This document shows positions 59,303 through 64,000 of a DNA stretch of 64,000 nucleotides, in pieces (the first letter of the stretch is position 1; every line of letters starts with the position of its first letter). The DNA lies in NCBI GenBank assembly GCA_963734545.1, contig CAVTHO010000003.1, forward strand, positions 288,001 to 352,000, written 5' to 3'. This DNA is from an uncultured Spirochaetota bacterium (lineage in GTDB: Bacteria; Spirochaetota; Spirochaetia; SZUA-6; Fen-1364). Below the pieces are notes generated by a model. That model ran no database searches. It was not told where the DNA came from and saw nothing but the letters and a program-made list of their open reading frames with translations. The position numbers and the translations under genes were made by a program.

Positions 59303-60223
59303 CTAGTCGTCCATGAGATCTCTTAGTGCGTCGGCCGCCTGTGCCGCGAAACTCTCGGGAAGATCATGTTCGACATCCTTCATTATGCGCGCCACAACAC
59401 GGACGCCGGCCGACTCCAACGCTGAAACCACCGGACGGGATCGCGTGTTGGCAGGGTCGCGCTCCCCGAGCAGAAAAGCCCCGCGCGTATGCCCGGGAAC
59501 GGCAACGAGTGGCGAAAAATCGTATCCGGAAGGGAATGACGGGATGACGGACAGCCACGGAATGCCTGCCTCGTGAGCCAATTCCAGCGCGAGCCTCCCG
59601 CCCTGGGACGCCCCGGCAATGATCATTCCTTCCATCTGGATGCCTCGTTTGCGCCGGCAGTCATCCAGATGCGTGCGAAGCTCCCCGCGCGCCAGCTCCG
59701 TGTCGTCCCAGCAGAAGCCCGCGCTGTCGAACACCTGCGAGGACTGGGGAATGATCAGCGTCCAGCCCTGGTCCACGAGCTGCCGCCAATGCGCGGCGAA
59801 ACCCGAAGCCGTGTCTCCGCGCCGATGGATTGCGACGAGGGTGCGCGGCTCCCACGTTGCCGTGGCAGGCGCCAGCACCAGGCATTGAGGGCGTGAGAGC
59901 GCCTGCGCTGCGCGGAACCGCAGGCCGCATTCTTCCCGCACGGCCGCGAAGCCGGCAGCGCCGCGAACGGGATCGAGGTCGCCGTCATCGTCGAGCTTCC
60001 GCGGGCTCCACCACTGCCCCTCGTCGAGTCCCTCCCGGAGCGCGGATACGGCCGCTTCAGCGTTTCCGAGAAGGCTCTGCATGCACGCCTGCCAGAACCA
60101 GGTTTTCGCGTGTTCCTCCGGACACTCCTCGTGCGCGGCACGGGCGATGCGGGCACCGGCCTCGAAGTCGCGTGCCGCATGAGCTTCCAGAAGCTGGAGG
60201 AAATACTTTTGAATGACAGTCAT
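59303..60223 (-). CDS. TPR-like N-terminus plus alpha/beta-hydrolase (esterase-like)
   Basis: Nucleophile elbow GASQGG, GERD, EHD; N-terminal helical WQAC...AVSALREG. Confidence 0.7.
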   Translation of the reverse strand: MTVIQKYFLQLLEAHAARDFEAGARIARAAHEECPEEHAKTWFWQACMQSLLGNAEAAVSALREGLDEGQWWSPRKLDDDGDLDPVRGAAGFAAVREECGLRFRAAQALSRPQCLVLAPATATWEPRTLVAIHRRGDTASGFAAHWRQLVDQGWTLIIPQSSQVFDSAGFCWDDTELARGELRTHLDDCRRKRGIQMEGMIIAGASQGGRLALELAHEAGIPWLSVIPSFPSGYDFSPLVAVPGHTRGAFLLGERDPANTRSRPVVSALESAGVRVVARIMKDVEHDLPESFAAQAADALRDLMDD

Positions 60224-60316
60224 CGCTTGCGTTCAATATATAGAAGGAACATGTGATCGAGGGAGTCGTGCGGATGGGCGCGGCTGCCGCGGCGCCGTCC
60301 GAACGGCGTCCCGCGG

Positions 60317-61900
60317 CTATTTCCGGGGGTCCGCGAGCAGGGCAGGGGTCAGAACGATCCGCTCTCCCTCCATGCTCTCCAGGCCCTTGTCCCGCAGCGT
60401 GGTCCCGCTCGCGGCGGCGAGGTCCACCGACGCCCTGCGGAACCGGCTGTAGCTCTGCAGCTCGCTCTTGCGAGCGTCCGAGAGCGCCTGCTCCACCTCG
60501 TAGACCCGGCGGATGTCGCTCTTCCCCGTATCGAAGCGCGAGAGCTCCACGTCGAGCAGCCGCTTCTTGAACCCGGACACGGTTCGGGCAACCTCGGCCT
60601 GCCGTCCGTAGGAGAGCATGCGCTGAAAGAGGGCCCCGGTGGATATCGCGGTGTCACGCTCCATTGCCTGCAGCTTGCGGACCGCCAGCTCCTTCCTCAG
60701 CCTGGCCTCCTCGAGCAGGCTCTCTCCCTGCAGGTTTCCCAGGAGGGGAAGACGGAGGTCCAGGCCCACGGACCAGGAGGGGAAACCCTGGCTCTGGAGC
60801 CTCTGGAGGGAGACGCTCATGGAATTGCCCAGGCCCTGGAACCCGTAGCTGGCGTGCGCGTTCAGCTCAGGGAGCCTCTGATCCAGCCGATAGTCGAGTT
60901 GGATCCCCGACTTCACCAGCTCCCCCCGGCTGATCAGGATCTCGGGCTGCAGCCGCAGCGCTTCGCGCACCCTCGACTCGGTTTCATTCCTCGAAGGCCC
61001 GGCTCCCGGCATTTCTCTCTCCAGCGGCTCCGCCGCGCTTATGTCCACCGTGGAACCGATCCGGCCGCCTCCCAGGATGAGCCGGAGCTGGGCCGCCGCT
61101 TCCGAAACAGCGAGCAGGCTGGATTCCTCCTCCGCGATGCGGATGGCGAGCTGGATTTCAGCCTCGGAGAGATCGAGATCCGACATCTTGCCGACGCTCA
61201 TCCTCTGCCGGGCGTCGGCGGCGATCTCATTCGCGATCCGTACGGAATCCGCGGCGATCCTGTGGAGCTCCTGGGCAAGGGCGAGGTCCCAGTATGCGGA
61301 CTCCACGCTCGACACCACGGAGATCATCTGCTTGCGGTAGGCATGGAAGGCGATGAGCTCCTCATTTCGCGCGAGCCGGACCGGCGCGAGCGGCGAATAC
61401 CGGGCAATCCCCTTCAGGAGGGGCTGGTCGACTTTCAGGCCGAGGTTGGATTCGTATTCGCGTCCGGTGGTTGTGAAATTGCTTTCAGTCGTGGAGAGCG
61501 AATAGCCGAGCCGGTAGCCCGCGCCGCTGAAGAACTTGCCCTCGACCGCGGCCTGGTATTCCGTCTTTGTTTCCGTCATAGTTTCCGTGTACGCGGGCTT
61601 GCCGAAAATGGAGGCAGCCTCTGCTGCCGCATTCAAGCGGTCCAGGTGGCTCCGGTTGAGCCCGGACACGAAAGCCGGCTCGAAGTCGCCCCATGCTCCC
61701 TGCACCTGGCTCTTGCGGATGAGCCATTGCAGCCGGGCTTCCCCCACTGACGGGTTTGCCTGCAGCGCCTCCAGGGCGGCCTCCGAGAGCAAAACGGGCA
61801 GAGGCCCCGCGGCAGGTTCTTCCGCTCGGACCGCGGGAGCCTGCGCCAGAATGAGACATGCTGCACTCAATAGACTTACGTGAAACATTCTGCGATTCAT
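60317..61900 (-). CDS. TolC-family outer membrane efflux protein
   Basis: Signal peptide; QPLLKG, VESAYWDL, LPELN, amphipathic beta and helical repeats. Confidence 0.85.
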   Translation of the reverse strand: MNRRMFHVSLLSAACLILAQAPAVRAEEPAAGPLPVLLSEAALEALQANPSVGEARLQWLIRKSQVQGAWGDFEPAFVSGLNRSHLDRLNAAAEAASIFGKPAYTETMTETKTEYQAAVEGKFFSGAGYRLGYSLSTTESNFTTTGREYESNLGLKVDQPLLKGIARYSPLAPVRLARNEELIAFHAYRKQMISVVSSVESAYWDLALAQELHRIAADSVRIANEIAADARQRMSVGKMSDLDLSEAEIQLAIRIAEEESSLLAVSEAAAQLRLILGGGRIGSTVDISAAEPLEREMPGAGPSRNETESRVREALRLQPEILISRGELVKSGIQLDYRLDQRLPELNAHASYGFQGLGNSMSVSLQRLQSQGFPSWSVGLDLRLPLLGNLQGESLLEEARLRKELAVRKLQAMERDTAISTGALFQRMLSYGRQAEVARTVSGFKKRLLDVELSRFDTGKSDIRRVYEVEQALSDARKSELQSYSRFRRASVDLAAASGTTLRDKGLESMEGERIVLTPALLADPRK

Positions 61901-61966
61901 GTACCACCAGGATGATGTGAAATACTCTATCACAGAGCGGCGCAGGAACGGAAGGGCCGTCGACCC

Positions 61967-62009
61967 GCGCCCCGGTTGCGCTCCTGCGCCCGGGTTGCGC
62001 TCCCGCGCC
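61967..62009. repeat. 19-bp tandem repeat (2.3 copies) in the divergent promoter region
   Basis: gcgccccggttgcgctcct gcgcccgggttgcgctccc gcgcc. Confidence 0.7.
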
Positions 62010-62069
62010 TTTTCCGCTACTATCGATTCGCCAGCATTAAAACGATCAGACATAAAAAGGGCAATCCGG

Positions 62070-62897
62070 ATGATTTTCCCACGCTCGCAGCTTCGATGGT
62101 TCCTCCCGATTTTCCTCCTTTTGTTCAGCGCCATCTCCGCCTCCTCCCAGGCATGGACGTCGCGCGGCATAGTCGAGCCCTACCAGGACGCCAAGGTGAG
62201 CGCCACCGTCGGCGGGACCGTGGTCGCGATCAAGGCCGCGGAAGGTCAGTTCGTCCGGGCCGGCGAGGTGGTGGTCGAGCTGGACAGCGCGCTGGAAGCG
62301 CTGGAGGTGGAACGGCGGAAGCTCGTTGCGGAGAGCGCGGCGGAGCTGGACGCGGCGCAGAGCCGCATGGAGACGCTTCGCCTGGACCTCGAGGGGACCC
62401 GGAAGCTCCAGGAGGAGACCCGGTCGGTGTCCCTGGACGATCTGCGGAAGAAGGAGCTGGAGTTCCGTCTCGCCGAGGCCGAGCACCAGCGCCTTCTCGT
62501 CTCCGAGGAGCGCGAGCGGATCGAAAGCCGGTTCGCGGAGGCGCAGCTTCAGAAGCGATTCATCACCGCCCCTTTCGACGGGGTCATCGTGGAAAAGCTC
62601 CTCGAGGTCGGCGAGGGGTGCAGCCAGCAGCAGGCGCTGTTCCGGATAGTGGACACCCGCAAGTGCCGGCTCGTGGTCCACATGGAGCAGGCGCCGAGCC
62701 TGAAGATGAAGCCGGGCAGACAGGTCACGCTGAGGATCCAGGAGGCAGACGGCCCGGTCACGGTGCGCGGCACCGTGGAGTTCGTCTCCCCCCTGGTGGA
62801 TGCGTCGAGCGGGCTGCGCGAGGTAAAGGTCGTTTTCGACAACCCGGATGGCAGGGTGCACCCCGGCGTGACCGGCGCCGTCGGCACCGAGCGGTAG
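62070..62897 (+). CDS. RND/HlyD-type periplasmic adaptor (MFP)
   Basis: GQFVRAGEVV, ITAPFDGVI, FVSPLVDASSG, PGVTG. Confidence 0.88.
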   Translation: MIFPRSQLRWFLPIFLLLFSAISASSQAWTSRGIVEPYQDAKVSATVGGTVVAIKAAEGQFVRAGEVVVELDSALEALEVERRKLVAESAAELDAAQSRMETLRLDLEGTRKLQEETRSVSLDDLRKKELEFRLAEAEHQRLLVSEERERIESRFAEAQLQKRFITAPFDGVIVEKLLEVGEGCSQQQALFRIVDTRKCRLVVHMEQAPSLKMKPGRQVTLRIQEADGPVTVRGTVEFVSPLVDASSGLREVKVVFDNPDGRVHPGVTGAVGTER

Positions 62898-62905
62898 GAG
62901 CCGGC

Positions 62906-64000
62906 ATGGACAAGGCGCAGGCAGCGGACCGGGAGAGAAACTACCTCCAGTCCCTGGAGGAGATGCAGAGGCTCCGCAGGTTCGACGGTGACCCCTCGCG
63001 CTTCTGGCGGACATACCTCCGGGTTCTCGTCTCCGCCTCGGAGGCAGACAGCGGGATCATCGCGGTGAGGGTCAAATCCGCCGCAATGGGCTGGCGCATC
63101 CTTGTGGCCTCTCCGGAGACTCTCCTCTCCGGGGGGATCGCGGAGACGATGCTGAACGAGGTTTCCGGAACCGCGGCCGAGGCCCTGGACAAGGGAGCCA
63201 CCCGATCGGAGTCCAACGGGCGCGGGGTGCTCGCGGTCCGGCTGCAGACCGACACGGTGGACGAAGGTTGTGTCGGCATCTTTTTCACCGGCACGATGCA
63301 CCCCGCGGAGGCATCCGAGCGGATGCGGCGGGTGCAGCTCGCCTCGGATATCCCTGCGAGCTACCAGCTCGCGCGGGTGGCCACCGAGGCGCGGACCCAG
63401 GTCTCTCACTTTGCCGGCGTGCTGGACCTCATGGTCCTCATCAACGCCGAGAAGAGGTTCCTCTCCGCCGCCATGACATTCTGCAATGAGCTGGCCTCCC
63501 GGCACGGCTGCGAGCGGGTCAGCCTGGGGTGGCTGGAGAAAGGCTACATCCGTCTCCAATCCACGAGCCGAGCGGACCGGTTCGAAAAAAAGACGGAAGC
63601 TGTGCAGCGCCTCGAAGCGGCAATGGAAGAGGCCCTGGACCAGAATACCGAGATCGTCCTGCCCCCGTCGGAGCCGGGCGGTGCTGTCCAGCGGGACCAC
63701 CGGGCCTACGCCGAGGCCTACGATGTGGCTCACGCGTGCTCGCTTCCCCTGCGCGTGGATGGGGAGGCGGTGGGCACGTGCACGTGCGAGCGGAGCTCCT
63801 CACCCTTTCCGGAGACCGAGCTTCGTCTGCTCAGGCTCTCCTGCGATCAGGCCGCGCGGCGCCTGGCGGACCTGAAACGCTCCGACCGCTGGATCGGCGC
63901 GCGCCTGGCCACCTCTCTCCGTGAAAAGCTCGCCCTTCTCCTGGGCTACCAGCACACGGGGGCGAAGGTGATCGCCATCGTCGTCGCGGCCCTCCTCGGC
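62906..64000 (+). CDS. GAF-domain HlyD-type adaptor protein, N-terminal part, truncated by window end
   Basis: Open frame from ATG 62906 (SD AGGAG): MDKAQ...FCNELASRHGCERVSLGW...AMEEALDQ...SLPLRVDGE, then a TM segment KVIAIVVAALLG. Confidence 0.78.
   Translation, partial: MDKAQAADRERNYLQSLEEMQRLRRFDGDPSRFWRTYLRVLVSASEADSGIIAVRVKSAAMGWRILVASPETLLSGGIAETMLNEVSGTAAEALDKGATRSESNGRGVLAVRLQTDTVDEGCVGIFFTGTMHPAEASERMRRVQLASDIPASYQLARVATEARTQVSHFAGVLDLMVLINAEKRFLSAAMTFCNELASRHGCERVSLGWLEKGYIRLQSTSRADRFEKKTEAVQRLEAAMEEALDQNTEIVLPPSEPGGAVQRDHRAYAEAYDVAHACSLPLRVDGEAVGTCTCERSSSPFPETELRLLRLSCDQAARRLADLKRSDRWIGARLATSLREKLALLLGYQHTGAKVIAIVVAALLG

Noticed and set aside
61901-62170. Apparent head-to-head overlap of the tolC and MFP ORFs
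   Set aside because: Signal peptides place the starts at about 61900 and 62070, leaving an ordinary divergent gap.

Overview
High-GC diderm bacterial DNA, most likely from an uncultured spirochaete. This is inferred from the lipoproteins and a sigma-like gene next to rdgB, not proven. It carries about 58 genes and one tRNA-Leu(GAG). The most notable part is a visibly less GC-rich ~14 kb catabolic island (2.7-16.9 kb) abutting the tRNA 3' end. The island holds a GntR/UTRA regulator, a PfkB kinase, a LIV-type ABC importer, an atypical 2-oxoacid-dehydrogenase set, a CaiB CoA-transferase, a GctAB-fold pair whose beta subunit lacks the catalytic Glu, and an amidohydrolase. In the dehydrogenase set E2 is split into a free catalytic domain and a free lipoyl carrier, E3 is absent, and the E1-beta QHSQ motif reads LQSQ. 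Three consensus sigma70 promoters in the island share an operator-like motif. The rest of the window encodes nagA, a likely arginine synthetase (ArcE-like) plus OTC, housekeeping genes, a dehydratase-activase fusion, malQ plus a GH13 enzyme, two more LIV ABC systems, dhaKL, an Fpg-like glycosylase, three PaaK-like ligases with ACT proteins, a GGDEF protein, and the start of a TolC/MFP/GAF-HlyD secretion locus. At least nine single-base frameshifts between 30 and 57.5 kb look like long-read errors. All calls come from motif reading by eye; no searches were run.
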